In this document: piece by piece, positions 40,256-55,275 of the stretch | Layout: every line of letters begins with the position of its first letter | How positions within the stretch are numbered: the stretch's first letter is position 1 | Source: Eledone cirrhosa | Lineage: Eukaryota | NCBI GenBank assembly: GCA_964016885.1 | Contig: OZ024749.1 | Span: 36,518,001-36,582,000, forward strand | Direction of reading: 5' to 3' | Length of the DNA: 64,000 nt | Notes under the pieces: generated by a model | What the model saw: the letters and a program-made list of their open reading frames with translations, nothing else | The model's database searches: none | Told to the model about the DNA's origin: nothing | Translations under genes and position numbers: made by a program

Positions 40256-40504
40256 TAGTCAGACCAAATAATGACCCCCTCAGCTGTTTGAGAGAGAGAG
40301 AGAGAGGTCATCGTTGTGACCTTTTACCACACCACCGCCCCATCCCCACCCTAAACATCTAACATGTTACCCCCTTCCCCTCACCCTATTGTCACACCTC
40401 AGCATCAATTAACTGTTATTGGAGCAACTTTCTCCCATATTGATTTCTTATTGATCTCTACATCTAGCTATGATAACCCAATCGATGATCAAGCTACAAA
40501 TCAC

Positions 40505-42560
40505 GTACACACATACATATGTACATGTACATACATACACATACATACATATACACATATACAAACATACATACATATATACACACACACACATGTACAT
40601 CACACATACACACATACATACCTATGCATACGTAAGCACACAAACACATACATACAGGTGTATATCACACATATACACACATACCTATACATATATAAAC
40701 ACATAAGTACACACACACAGATGCACATCACACATATATACATATATACACATACCTATACATATATAAACACATAAGTACACACACACAGATGCACATC
40801 ACACATATATACATATATACACATACCTATACATATATAAACACATAAGTACACACACACAGATGCACATCACACATATATACATATACACACATACCTA
40901 TACATATATAAACACATAAGTACACACACACTGATGCACATCACACATATATACATACCTATACATACATGAACACACATATAAACATACCTAGTATACA
41001 TATACATACATATACACACATACACATACATACACATCCACACACACATACATACACACACATCCATACCTATACATAAACACACATGCACACATATAAA
41101 CATACCTAGTATACATATAAACATACCTAGTATACATATACATACATATACACACATACACATACATGAACACAAATATGCACACACACACTCACATCCA
41201 TACCTATACATACACGAACACATATAAACACACATATAAACATACCTAGTATACATATACATACATATACACACATACACATATACATACATACACACAC
41301 TCACATCCATACCTATACATACACGAACACATATAAACACACATATAAACATACCTAGTATACATATACATACATATACACACATACACATACATGAACA
41401 CACATATGCACACACACACATACACACACTCACATCCATACCTATACATACATGAACACACATATAAACATACCTAGTATACATATACATACATATATAC
41501 ACATACACATATACATACATACACACACTCACATCCATACCTATACATACATGAACACACATACACACATATAAACATACCTAGTATACATATACATACA
41601 TATACACACATACACATACACACACTCATACATACACACATCCATACCTATACATACTTGAACATACATATAAACACACATATAAACATACCTAGTATAC
41701 ATATACATACATATACACATACACATACATACATATGCACACAAACATACATACACACACTCACATCCATACCTATACATACATGAACACACATATAAAC
41801 ATACCTAGTATACATATACATACATATATACACATACACATATGCATACATACACACACTCACATCCATACCTATACATACATGAACACACATACACACA
41901 TATAAACATACCTAGTATACATATACATACATATACACACATACACATACACACACTCATACATACACACATCCATACCTATACATACTTGAACATACAT
42001 ATAAACACACATATAAACATACCTAGTATACATATACATACATATACACATACACATACATACATATGCACACAAACATACATACACACACTCACATCCA
42101 TACCTATACATACATGAACACACATATAAACATACCTAGTATACATATACATACATATATACACATACACATATGCATACATACACACACTCACATCCAT
42201 ACCTATACATACATGAACACACATACACACATATAAACATACCTAGTATACATATACATACATATACACACATACACATACACACACTCATACATACACA
42301 CATCCATACCTATACATACTTGAACATACATATAAACACACATATAAACATACCTAGTATACATATACATACATATACACATACACATACATACATATGC
42401 ACACAAACATACATACACACACTCACATCCATACCTATACATACATGAACACATATAAACACACTTATAAACATACCTAGTATACATATACATACATACA
42501 TATACACATACACAAACACACCCATACATACACACACTCACATCCATACCTATACATAGA
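40505..42560. repeat. CA/TA-derived satellite with 71-bp (about 40660-40960) and 331-bp higher-order (about 41500-42500) periodicity
   Basis: atacctatac recurs at 40681, 40752 and 40823; identical ORF ends recur at 41541/41872/42203 (period 331). Confidence 0.9.
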
Positions 42561-42594
42561 TAAAGTCACATACATACATGTTATACATGCACAA

Positions 42595-42630
<36 letters not shown>

Positions 42631-42829
42631 TTTTGTAACAACAGCAACATCATCATCTTTTTCTCAATGTTGCTGCTGTTGTTGTTGTTGTTGTAAATTC
42701 TATTTTCTTGTGATGAAGGTGATGTAGAATGAGACATAATATTTGTATTGAACTATTTCTGGGTATTGTCTGTCTTGTTACATATTCTTTCTTGTACTAT
42801 TACTGCCTCCTCTCACTTGCTGCCACACA

Positions 42830-45407
42830 CACATACATATACAAACATATATATATATATATATATATATGCACTGACATGTATATACATACATACTAAC
42901 ATGCACACATACATACGTATGTATGCATATATACACACACACACATACACATACAAACATATATATTCACTAACACATATATACATACATACTAACATAT
43001 GCATATACATACACATACATACTAACATATGCATATACATACACATACATACACATACATACATACATATACAATCATATATATATGCACTGGCATGTAT
43101 ATACATACATACTAACATGCACACATACATAAGTACATATGCATATACACACACACATACAAACATATATATATTCACTAACACATATATACATACATAC
43201 TAACATATGCATATACATACTAACATATGCATATACATGCACATACACACACATACATACATACATATACAATCATATATATATGCACTGGCATGTATAT
43301 ACATACATACTAACATGCATACATACATAAGTACGTATGCATATATACATACATAAGTACGTATGCATATATACACACACACACACATACACACACACAC
43401 ACATACACACATACAAACATATATTCACTAACACATATATACATACATACTAACATATGCATATACATACACATACATACATATACAATTATATATATAT
43501 ATATGCACTGATGTATATACATACATACTAACATGCATACATACATAAGTACGTATTCAAATACACACACACACACACAAACATATATATTCACTAACAC
43601 ATATCATCATTCATCATCATTTCATTTTACGTCCACTTTTCCCTGCTTGCAAGGGTGGGACGGGAACTGATTCTGGCTTGATTTCTACAGCTGGGTGCCC
43701 TTCCTAACACCAACCTCATTTACAGTGAGTGCTGGGTGCTTTTTTTTTTTCCGTGGCACCTCCACGACCACTTTGCAGTGGAATGATATGGACCCTAGTC
43801 CCTATCATCTCATTTCTACAGCTGAGTAAACTGGAGCAATGTGAAATAAAGTGTCTTGCTCAAGGAAACAACACATCACCCGGTCTGAGAATTGAACTCA
43901 CAACCTTTCGATTGCAAGGCCAATGCTCTAACCACTAAGCCATGTGCCTCCATATATACATATATACATATATATATACATATATACGCATATACATACA
44001 TATACAATCATATATATATATGCACTGACGTATATACATACATAATAGCATGCATACATACATACATAAGTATGTATGCATATACACACACACATACAAA
44101 CATATATATTCACTAACACATATATACATACATACTAACATATGCATATACATACATATACAATCATATATATATGCACTGACATATATACATAACATAA
44201 TAGTATGTATGCATATACACGCACACACATACAAACATATATATTCACTAACACACATGTACATACATACTAACATATGCATATACATACATATACAATC
44301 ATATATATATATATGCACTGACATGTATATAGATACATACTAACATGCATACATACATACGTACGTATGCATATATCCACACACACATACAAACATATAT
44401 ATTCACTAACACATATATACATATATACTAACATATGCATATACATACACATACATACATACATATACAATCATATATATATGCACTGACGTATATACAT
44501 ACATAATAGCATGCATACATACATATTTATGCATATACACACACATACAAACATATATATTCACTAACACATATATACATACATACTAACATATGCATAT
44601 ACATACATACTAACATGCATGCATACATACATACGTACGTATGCATATACACACACACACACACATACAAACATATATATTCACTAACACATATATACAT
44701 ACATACTAACATATGCATATACATACATACTAACATGCATGCATGCATACATACATACGTACGTATGCATATACACACACAATGCAAACATATATATTCA
44801 CTAACACATATATACATACATACTAACATATGCATATACATACATACTAACATGCATGCATACATACATACGTACGTATGCATATACACACACACACACA
44901 AATCAAACATATATATATGCACTGACATGTATATACATACATACTAACATGCATACATACATAAGTATGTATGCATATACACACACATACAAACATATAT
45001 TCACTAACACACATATATATATACTAACATATGCACATACATACATATACAATCATATATATATATGGACTGACGTATATACATACATAATAGCATGCAT
45101 ACATACATAAGTATGTATGCATATACACACACACATACACACATACAAACATATATATTCACTAACACATATATACATACATACTAACATGCATATACAT
45201 ACATATACAATCATATATATATATATATGCACTGACATGTATATACATACATACTAACATGCATACATACATAAGTACGTATGCATATACACACATACAA
45301 ACATATATATTCACTAACACATATATACATACATACTAACATATATATACACACACACACACATACAAACATATATATTCACTAACACATATATACATAC
45401 ATACTAA

Positions 45408-45453
<46 letters not shown>

Positions 45454-45510
45454 AACATATATATTCACTAACACATATATACATACATACTAACATGCAT
45501 ACATACATAA
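42830..45510. repeat. Degenerate CA/TA satellite (tattcactaacacatatatacatacatactaacat core), interrupted by a SINE
   Basis: Recurrent core motif. Confidence 0.85.
43604..43950 (-). mobile_element. Full-length composite SINE family B
   Basis: Nearly identical to 32285-32631. Confidence 0.92.
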
Positions 45511-45514
45511 GTAC

Positions 45515-47040
45515 ACCACAATTATTACCATCACCACCACAGTCAACATCATCATCATCACCACAATTATTATCATCATCATCACCACAGTCAACATCAT
45601 CAACACCACAATTATCATCATCAGCATCATCATCATAATTATTACCACCATCATTACCATCATCATCATCATCATCACCATCACCACAATTATTACCACC
45701 ATCATTACCATCATCATCATCACCATCACCATCACCGCAATTATTACCATCATCATCACCATCACCACAATTATTACCACCATCATTACCATCATCATCA
45801 TCATCATCACCGCAATTATTACCATCATCATCACCATCACCACAATTATTACCACCATCATTACCATCATCATCATCATCACCATCACCACAATTATTAC
45901 CACCATCACCACCATCACCACAATTATTACCATCATCATCATCACCACAATTATTACCATCATCACCATCACCACAATTATTACCACCATCATCACCATC
46001 ACCACAATTATTACCACCATCATCACCATCACCACAATTATTACCATCATCATCACCATCACCACAATTATTACCACCATCATCACCATCACCACAATTA
46101 TCATCACCATCACCACAATTATTACCATCATCATCACCATCACCACAATTATTACCATCATCATCACCATCACCACAATTATTACCACCATCATCACCAT
46201 CACCACAATTATTACCACCATCATCACCATCACCACAATTATTACCATCATCATCACCATCACCACAATTATTACCACCATCATCACCATCACCACAATT
46301 ATTACCACCATCATCACCATCACCACAATTATTACCATCATCATCATCATCACCACAATTATTACCACCATCATCACCATCACCACAATTATTACCATCA
46401 TCATCACCATCACCACAATTATTACCACCATCATCACCATCACCACAATTATTACCACCATCATCACCATCACCACAATTATTACCACCATCATCACCAT
46501 CACCACAATTATTACCATCATCATCACCATCACCACAATTATTACCACCATCACCACCATCACCACAATTATTACCATCATCATCACCATCACCACAATT
46601 ATTACCACCATCATCACCATCACCACAATTATTACCACCATCATCACCATCACCACAATTATTACCACCATCATCACCATCACCACAATTATTACCACCA
46701 TCATCACCATCACCACAATTATTACCATCATCATCACCATCACCACAATTATTACCACCATCATCACCATCACCACAATTATTACCACCATCATCACCAT
46801 CACCACAATTATTACCATCATCATCACCATCACCACAATTATTACCACCATCATCACCATCACCACAATTATTACCATCATCATCACCATCACCACAATT
46901 ATTACCACCATCATCACCATCACCACAATTATTACCATCATCATCACCACAATTATTATCATCACCACAGTCATCATCATCATCATCTACACCACAATTA
47001 TTACCATCACCACCACCACCACCACCACCACCATTACCAT
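45515..47040. repeat. 30-bp minisatellite
   Basis: Unit caccacaattattacca(c/t)catcatcaccat, very homogeneous from 46110 to 46940. Confidence 0.96.
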
Positions 47041-47274
47041 CATTAAGGGTTAATAATGATGAAATATTAATCTACTGAGATGAGGGTCAACAGTGAGGGA
47101 AAGATGTTAAACAACTGATCTGCAGCAACATTTACTGAATTACAGAAATGATCTCAATTATTAAACTATACCCCCCCCCCCCCCACCTCTACCTTTACAT
47201 CCTCCTCCTCTTCCTCTTCCTCCACTTCATTGTCAGGTCAAATGAAAATCAATGGGGGAAATAGTGATGATATT

Positions 47275-47816
47275 ATTGGTGGTGGTGGTGGTGGTAATGG
47301 TGGTGGTGGTGGTGTTGGTGGTGATGGTTATGGTAGTGGTGGTGGTGGTGATGATGGTGATGGTTATGGTGGTGTTGGCGGTTGTGATGATAGTGGTGGT
47401 GGTGGTGGTAATGGAGGTTGTGATGGTGGTGGTGGTGATGATGATGGTGATGGTTATGGTGGTGGTGGTGGTGGTGGGGATGGTTTTGGTGATGGTGGTT
47501 ATGGTGGTGTTGGCGATTGTGATGATAGTGGCGGTGGTGGTAATGGAGGTTGTGGTAGTGGTGGTGGTGATGGTGATGGTTATGGTGGGGATGGTGGTTA
47601 TGGTGGTGTTGGCGGTTGTGATGATAGTGGTGGTGGTGGTAATGGAGGTTGTGGTGGTGATGGTTATGGTGGTGGTGGTGTTGGCGGTTGTGATGATAGT
47701 GGTGGTGGTGGTTATGGTGGTTGTGATGGTGATGGTGATGGTTATGGTGGTGTTGGTGGTTGTGATGATACTGATGGTTGTGTTAATCATGGTGGTGGGG
47801 GTGATGATGATGATGG
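47275..47816. repeat. (GGT/GAT)n low-complexity repeat
   Basis: Recurrent ggtgttggcggttgtgatgatagtggtggt; source of the Gly/Asp ORF. Confidence 0.9.
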
Positions 47817-48217
47817 TAAATTATCCATTAATAACATGAATAGATACGTGATTATGTGTGTGTGTATGTGGTATGTGTGTGCATGTGATTGTGTGTATGT
47901 GGTATGTGCATGTGTGTGCATGTGATTGTGTGTATGTGGTATGTGATTACATTTGTTAGGATACAAGAGACAGATACTATTTTTTTTTCTATTTCTTCGA
48001 GCTAGAAGGTCTATACCCTCCATGCTGGAGTGTTGCCAACAGTCACGTTTAAAGGGTTTCTCTGTGTGTGTTGTCTGTCTCAAGAGGGGAACACTGCGCT
48101 TTTTCAATTACAGATCACTGCGTTTCTTGATCCAATCTAGAAAAACATATTGGATTTCTGATATTTATTTTTAGAATAGAGTTTCTGTCTTGTGTGCCGG
48201 CAACTATGGTTATGATC

Positions 48218-48255
<38 letters not shown>

Positions 48256-48259
48256 AATA

Positions 48260-48972
48260 ATTCTAATTTTGGCACAAGGCCAGCAAATACCCAGTGCATT
48301 ACTGGTACTTTATTTTATCGACCCCCGTAAGGACGAAAGGCAAAGTTAACCTGGGCGGGATTTGAACTCAGAATGGCAAGGGCCGTAACTCTATGCGTCA
48401 AAGCATGGCGTCCGACCCTCTACCGATACTGCCAATCCAATAATAATAATTGTTTCTACTTTAGGCACAAGGCCAGCAATTACCCAGTGCATTACTGGTA
48501 CTTTATTTTATCGACCCCGTAAGGATGAAAGGCAAAGTCAACCTCGGCGGGATTTGAACTCAGATCGTAAAGGGACGTAACTATGCTGGAAAGCATGGCG
48601 TCCGACCCTCTACCGATACCGCCCTCCAATAATAATAATGATCTCTGATTTAGGCACAAGGCCAACAATTTTGGTGGAGGAGAAAGTTGATTAAATTCGC
48701 CCCAGTGCATTACTGGTGCTTTATTTATCGACCCTGTAAGGATGAAAGTCATAGCTAACCTGGGCAGGATTTGAACTCAGAAAATAAAGGGTTGTAACTC
48801 TGTCACAATGCAATAATAATAATTGTTTCTACTTTAGGCACAGGGCCAGCAATTACCCAGTGCATTACTGGTACTTTATTTTATCGACCCAGTAAGGATG
48901 AAAGGCAAAGTCAACCTCGGCGGGATTTGAACTCAGATCGTAAAGGGACGTAACTATGCTGGAAAGCATGGC
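48260..48972 (-). mobile_element. Head-to-tail array of four SINE A copies
   Basis: Copies at about 48260-48437, 48450-48622, 48645-48810 and 48822-48972, separated by short (AAT)n. Confidence 0.92.
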
Positions 48973-49974
48973 TAATAATAGTTTCTATTCTTGACTCAAG
49001 GCCAACAATTAAGTGGACAGGGATTAAATCAACCCTGGTGCATGTCTGATGGTCTACCGATTCTGCCAATCCTCTGTCCTCAATCATGATTATAATAACA
49101 ACCACAATAATTGTAATAATAATTGTTTCAAAAATGTTATAATAGGTTACAATCAATTTATATTAACTTCAGTACTTGACGACATCAACCACAATAACAA
49201 GTGTTTTAAAGCCATTTCCCTTTCTAAAGTGGGGCTTAACTTTTGCTGATCACATGATAGTCGTCATACTCATCTTAGAACCATTATTTTTAGGCAATGT
49301 TTAACAGCTGGAGGCCCTTCCTGGTGCCAATCCCTTTAGTTACCTCTTACAACATGCCGAGATGCAGCAGAACTATTCTAAGCACACAATATGAGATCAG
49401 TACTTGACTGGTACTTTATTTCTTTGATCTTAGAACAAATGACAATGTTGATCTTAGCAGGATTTGTGCTCAGAACATAATAGTAACTAAATGCCATAAA
49501 GTATTTTGTCCATCACTAATGGTTCTCCCAACTCTAATGATAATACTGAAGATGATGATGATTTTGAATTTAAGCACAAAGCAAACAATTTGATGGGAGG
49601 TGAAAGTCAATTATGTTAACCCCCCAATACTTTACTGAGAGATGGAGGCAGTGACAGTGGGAGTTTGGTTCTTTTGTGTTTGGACCTGGTGTATATATGT
49701 GTATATAAAAGAGAATGAGTCTAAAAGCTGTTTCTTGTACAGTTGTAGTTGTTCATGTTGTTGTTGTTGTTGTTGTTGAAACTCTACTTCTTACACCAAC
49801 TTCACTTCTTTCATATAATTACTAGTACTATATTTTATTGACCCTGAAATGATGAAAGGCAATGTTGACCGCTGCAGGATTTGAACTCAGAATGTAAAGG
49901 GATGTAACTAAATGCCACAAAGCACTTTGTCCGACAGTGTAATGTAATGCCAATCCAAGTAATAATGACGTCAT

Positions 49975-50980
49975 TGTGATGTCTTTGTGAACGTTGTGAT
50001 GTGTCTTGCGAGTGTTGTGGTGTTTGCAATATGTTTGTGATGTCTTTGTGATGGCTTTGTTAATGTTGTGATGTCTTTGTGAATGTTGTGATGTGTCTTG
50101 TGAGTGTTGCGGTGTGTTTGTGAATGCTGTGATGTGTTTGTGAGTGTCTTTGTGAATGTTGTGATGTATTTGTGAGTATCTTTATGAATGTTGTGATGTG
50201 TTTGTGAATGTTGTGATGTGTTTGTGAATGTTGTGATGTATTTGTGAATGTCTTTGTGAATGTTGTGATGTATTTGTGAGTATCTTTGTGAATGTTGTGA
50301 TGTGTTTGTGAATGTTGTGATGTATTTGTGAGTGTCTTTGTGAATGTTGTGATGGATTTGTGAATGTTGTGATGTATTTGTGAGTATCTTTATGAATGTT
50401 GTGATGTGTTTGTGAATGTTGTGATGTGTTTGTGAATGTTGTGATGTATTTGTGAATGTTGTGATGTATTTGTGAATGTCTTTGTGAATGTTGTGATGTA
50501 TCTGTGAGTATCTTTGTGAATGTTGTGATGTGTTTGTGAATGTTGTGATGTGTTTGTGAATGTTGTGATGTATTTGTGAATGTTGTGATGTATTTGTGAA
50601 TGTCTTTGTGAATGTTGTGATGTATTTGTGAATGTTGTGATGTATTTGTGAATGTCTTTGTGAATGTTGTGATGTATTTGTGAGTATCTTTGTGAATGTT
50701 GTGATGTGTTTGTGAATGTTGTGATGTATTTGTGAATGTTGTGATGTATTTGTGAATGTTGTGATGTATTTGTGAATGTTGTGATGTATTTGTGAATGTT
50801 GTGATATATTTGTGATGTATTTGTGAATGTTGTGATATATTTGTGATGTATTTGTGAATGTTGTGATGTATTTGTGAATGTTGTGGTGTGTTTGTGAATG
50901 TTGTGATATATATGTCAATGTTGTGGTGTCTTTGTGATGTCTTTGTGAATGCTGTGCTGTATATGTCAATGTTGTTATGT
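49975..50980. repeat. 20-bp minisatellite
   Basis: Unit gtgaatgttgtgatgtattt with 12-bp interspersed variants. Confidence 0.95.
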
Positions 50981-52156
50981 GTCTATTTAAAACATGACTC
51001 AACTGACAATCTGTCGAGCTAGATGCCAGATGCTAGCCAGATTGTGGAAACATTAAACCAAAATTTATGAAAGACAAATCTTACTGAAGCAGGAAATGAG
51101 GCACCAAATAAATTCTATGAAATTCTGTGAAATACTGGTTCAACTGGATATTTTACTTCTAAGTCTCATACAGTATGTTTGTCTCTGTGACTGTGTGTGT
51201 GGTGTGTAGTGTGTATGTCTGTAGTGTGTATGGCTGTGTGTGGTGTGTATGTCTGTGTGTTTTAGTTTTTGTTTGTCAATTGTAGTGGTAAAGGTGTAGG
51301 TGGTAGTGAGGTAGATTTGTGTGTGGTAGAATAGAGGTGGGAGTAAATGTGAGTACCATACTACTGAATTTGGTGCTGCTGGGGATTATGATGATGAGGT
51401 GATGATGATGGATGTGTGTGTGAATTTGCAGTTGTATGTTTTCTAATAATGAGAAAGTTATATTACTAAATCCCTCCAAAATTTTGGTTAGTTTCAAAAT
51501 TATTTGAAAACCATGTGCTATTAAGTTAGACATGGCCTGGGCTAATACTGACCAAAACCTATCAAAGTTAGTCTTCATTAGAAATGTAGTAACAAAATGG
51601 TTAGCATTTGTATTTATCTAGAAACCTTCCATCATAATTTTATGTAAAAACTTTTGTGTTCTGAATGTCAACTTAATAATGAGAAAGTTTGTGTTACAAT
51701 ATCTCTCCAAATTCTTATTTTCAAAGTTATTTGAAAAGTTTAGGCAGTATCTTCCTAATTATCAAACTGTTGATCTTCTGTGGGAAGTTGGATCAGGAAG
51801 AATTCCTGGCATTGGGAGCAAGGTGTCAGTGTGTCTGTCTGTGTAAGGGGAGGGTGTGTCTGCTTGTATGAATAAGGTGTGGGTTTGTCTGTATGTCTGT
51901 AAGGTGTGCCTGTATATGTCTGTAAGGTGTGCATGTATATGTCTGTCTCAGGTGTGGGTGAGTCTGCCTGTCTGTGTGTGTGTCTGCCTGTCTCTAGGTG
52001 TGTCTGCCTGTCTCTGGGTGTGTCTGCCTGTCTCTGGGTGTGTTGGCCTGTCTCTGGGTGTGTGTGCGCGCATATAAGTTTGTATGTGTGTATATTGACT
52101 ATTATTAACTCCAGTTATTCAGCAGAAATGTATTGCCTTAACTGACTGGAACTGTT

Positions 52157-52234
<78 letters not shown>

Positions 52235-52341
52235 GCTGTGTAATTATAAATTTAGGGTACAGTACATATGTAAGTTGGTGTATGGAACTATAAATATACT
52301 ACAACCCTAATTTCACTAGCAGTTATATATATATATATATA

Positions 52342-52556
52342 TCATCATCATCATTTTACGTCCGCTTTTCCCTGCTTGCAAGGGTGGGACGGGAACTGAT
52401 TCTGGCTTGATTTCTACAGCTGGATGCCCTTCCTAACACCAACCTCATCTACAGTGAGTGCTGGGTGCTTTTTTTCCGTGGCACCTCCACGTCCACTTTG
52501 CAGTGGAATGATATGGACCCCAGTCCCTATCATCTCATTTCTACAGCTGAGTAAAC
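52342..52556 (-). mobile_element. 5'-truncated composite SINE family B
   Basis: Tail through to mid-CORE domain, flanked by (TA)n. Confidence 0.88.
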
Positions 52557-52624
52557 TATATATATATATAGTTATTGGATTTGGGTAGGAATGTATATAT
52601 GTGTGTGTGTATATATTTATATAT

Positions 52625-52815
52625 AACGAAGGAATTGTGGTAAGGAACCAGATGGACCATAACGCACCAGAGTACTCAATACTTAGGGTAGTAGAGTGGG
52701 TAATAGGAAAAAGTATGACTCCGACGGCAGAGCTCAAGCCGTTTCGACGGCCTATTTCTGGAAATAGCCGTCGAAACGGCTTGAGCTCTGCCGTCGGGGT
52801 CATACTTTTTCCTAT
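52625..52815. mobile_element. Hairpin-terminated element copy 2 with 113-bp palindrome (Penelope-like remnant with partial hammerhead motif)
   Basis: Palindrome 52703-52815 with about 55-bp arms, one mismatch and one bulge; upstream 80 bp shared with 12082-12163; inserted in (TA)n. Confidence 0.55.
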
Positions 52816-52994
52816 ATATATATATATATAGTTAGATGTGTGGGTGTGTGCACGTTTAATTATGAATCTAGAGTACAGGACATATATATGTAAGTCAACA
52901 TAGGGAGCTATAAATACACTACAGCCCTAATTTCACTGTCACTTACAAACATATATAGGGTTACATGTGTGTTAATGTATATGTGTGTTACATA

Positions 52995-53038
<44 letters not shown>

Positions 53039-53356
53039 AGTGTATGAATGTATAAGTTTAGTGTAGTGTGATCTGCTTTCTGTGAAGCTGAGTGAGTAGC
53101 TATACTGATAGACATACCAAAGTGCTCACTACTATATACATAACTTTACTACTACTACTACTACCACAAACACTATATGTATGTATGTGTGTGTGGTGGT
53201 AGTAGTACTAACATTACTACTAGCACCCACACTACTACAATAAGGTACTACCACACATACTACTATGGCGTGTGACAGTTACTGTGTGCATGTGGTAGTA
53301 TTAACGGTAGTACTACCACCTACATTACTACAATAAGCTAGAACTACATACACCAC

Positions 53357-53387
<31 letters not shown>

Positions 53388-53399
53388 TTCTAAGGTGAG

Positions 53400-55275
53400 T
53401 ACTACCACCTACACTACTACAATAAACTACTACCACCTACACTACTACAATAAACTACTACCACCTACACTACTACAATAGTATTACCACCTACATTACT
53501 ACAATAGTACTACCACCTACACTACTACAATAGTACTACCACCTACACTACTACAATAAGCTACTACCACCTACACTACTACAATAGTACTACTACAATA
53601 GTACTACTACAATAGTACTACCACGTACACTACTACAATAAACCACTACCACCTACACAACTACAATAGTACTACCACCTACACAACTACAATAGTACTA
53701 CCACCTATACTACTACAATAAGCTATTACCACCTACACTACTACAATAAACCACTACCACCTACACAACTACAATAGTACTACCACCTACACAACTACAA
53801 TAGTACTACCACCTATACTACTACAATAAGCTATTACCACCTACACTACTACAATAAACCACTACCACCTACACAACTACAATAGTACTACCACCTACAC
53901 TACTACAATAAACCACTACCACCTACACTAATACAATAGTACTACCACCTACACTACTACAATAAACCACTACCACCTACACAACTACAATAGTACTACT
54001 ACAATGGTACTACCACCTACACTACTACAATAAACCACTACCACCTACACAACTACAATAGTACTACCACCTATACTACAATAAGCTACTACCACCTATA
54101 CTACTACAATAAGCTACTACCACCTATACTACTACAATAAGCTACTACCACCTATACTACTACAATAAACCACTACCACCTACACAACTACAATAGTACT
54201 ACCACCTATACTACTACAATAAACCACTACCACCTACACTAATACAATAGTACTACCACCTACACTACTACAATAAACCACTACCACCTACACAACTACA
54301 ATAGTACTACCATCTACTACACTACTACAATAAACCAATACCACCTACACAACTACAATAGTACTACCACCTATACTACAATAAGCTACTACCACCTATA
54401 CTACTACAATAAGCTACTACCACCTATACTACTACAATAAGCTACTACCACCTATACTACTACAATAAGCTACTACCACCTACACTACTACAATAAGCTA
54501 CTACCACCTACACTACTACAATAAACCACTACCACCTACACTACTACAATAAACCACTACCACCTACTCTACTACAATAAACCACTACCACCTCTACTAC
54601 TACAATAAACCACTACCACCTACACTACTACAATAGTTCTACCACCTACACTACTACAATAAACCACTACCACCTACACTACTACAATAAACCACTACCA
54701 CCTACACTACTACAATAAACCACTACCACCTACACTACTACAATAAACCACTACCACCTACACTACTACAATAGTATTACCACCTACACTACTACAATAA
54801 ACCACTACCACCTACACTAATACAATAGTACTACCACCTACACTACTACACTAAACCACTACCACCTACACTAATACAATAGTACTACCACCTACACTAC
54901 TACAATAGTATTACCACCTACACTACTACAATAGTATTACCACCTACACTACTACAATAAACCACTACCACCTATACAACTACAATAGTACTACCACCTA
55001 CACTAATACAATAGTTCTACCACCTACACTACTACAATAAACCACTACCACCTACACTACTACAATAAACCACTACCACCTACACTACTACAATAAACCA
55101 CTACCACCTACACTACTACAATAAACCACTACCACCTACACTACTACAATAAACCACTACCACCTACACTACTACAATAAACCACTACCACCTACACTAC
55201 TACAATAAACCACTACCACCTACACTACTACAATAAGCTACTACCACCTACACTACTACAATAAGCTACTACCAC
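53400..55275. repeat. 25/28-bp CTA/CCA-rich minisatellite
   Basis: Units actaccacctacactactacaataaacc and actaccacctacactactacaatagt. Confidence 0.96.

Noticed and set aside
38816-40362. Thr-rich mucin-like, Pro-rich extensin-like and Val-rich ORFs
   Set aside because: Several frames and both strands are open over a triplet-based minisatellite inside the dlg1 intron; no signal peptide or splice support.
45490-47925. Met/Val/Ile ORF and Gly/Asp/Cys-rich ORF resembling a structural protein
   Set aside because: Low-complexity triplet repeats open in multiple frames; no supporting gene structure.
52703-52815. Active self-cleaving ribozyme or rho-independent terminator
   Set aside because: The CUGANGA core is absent on both strands, and bacterial terminator logic does not apply to this eukaryotic intron.
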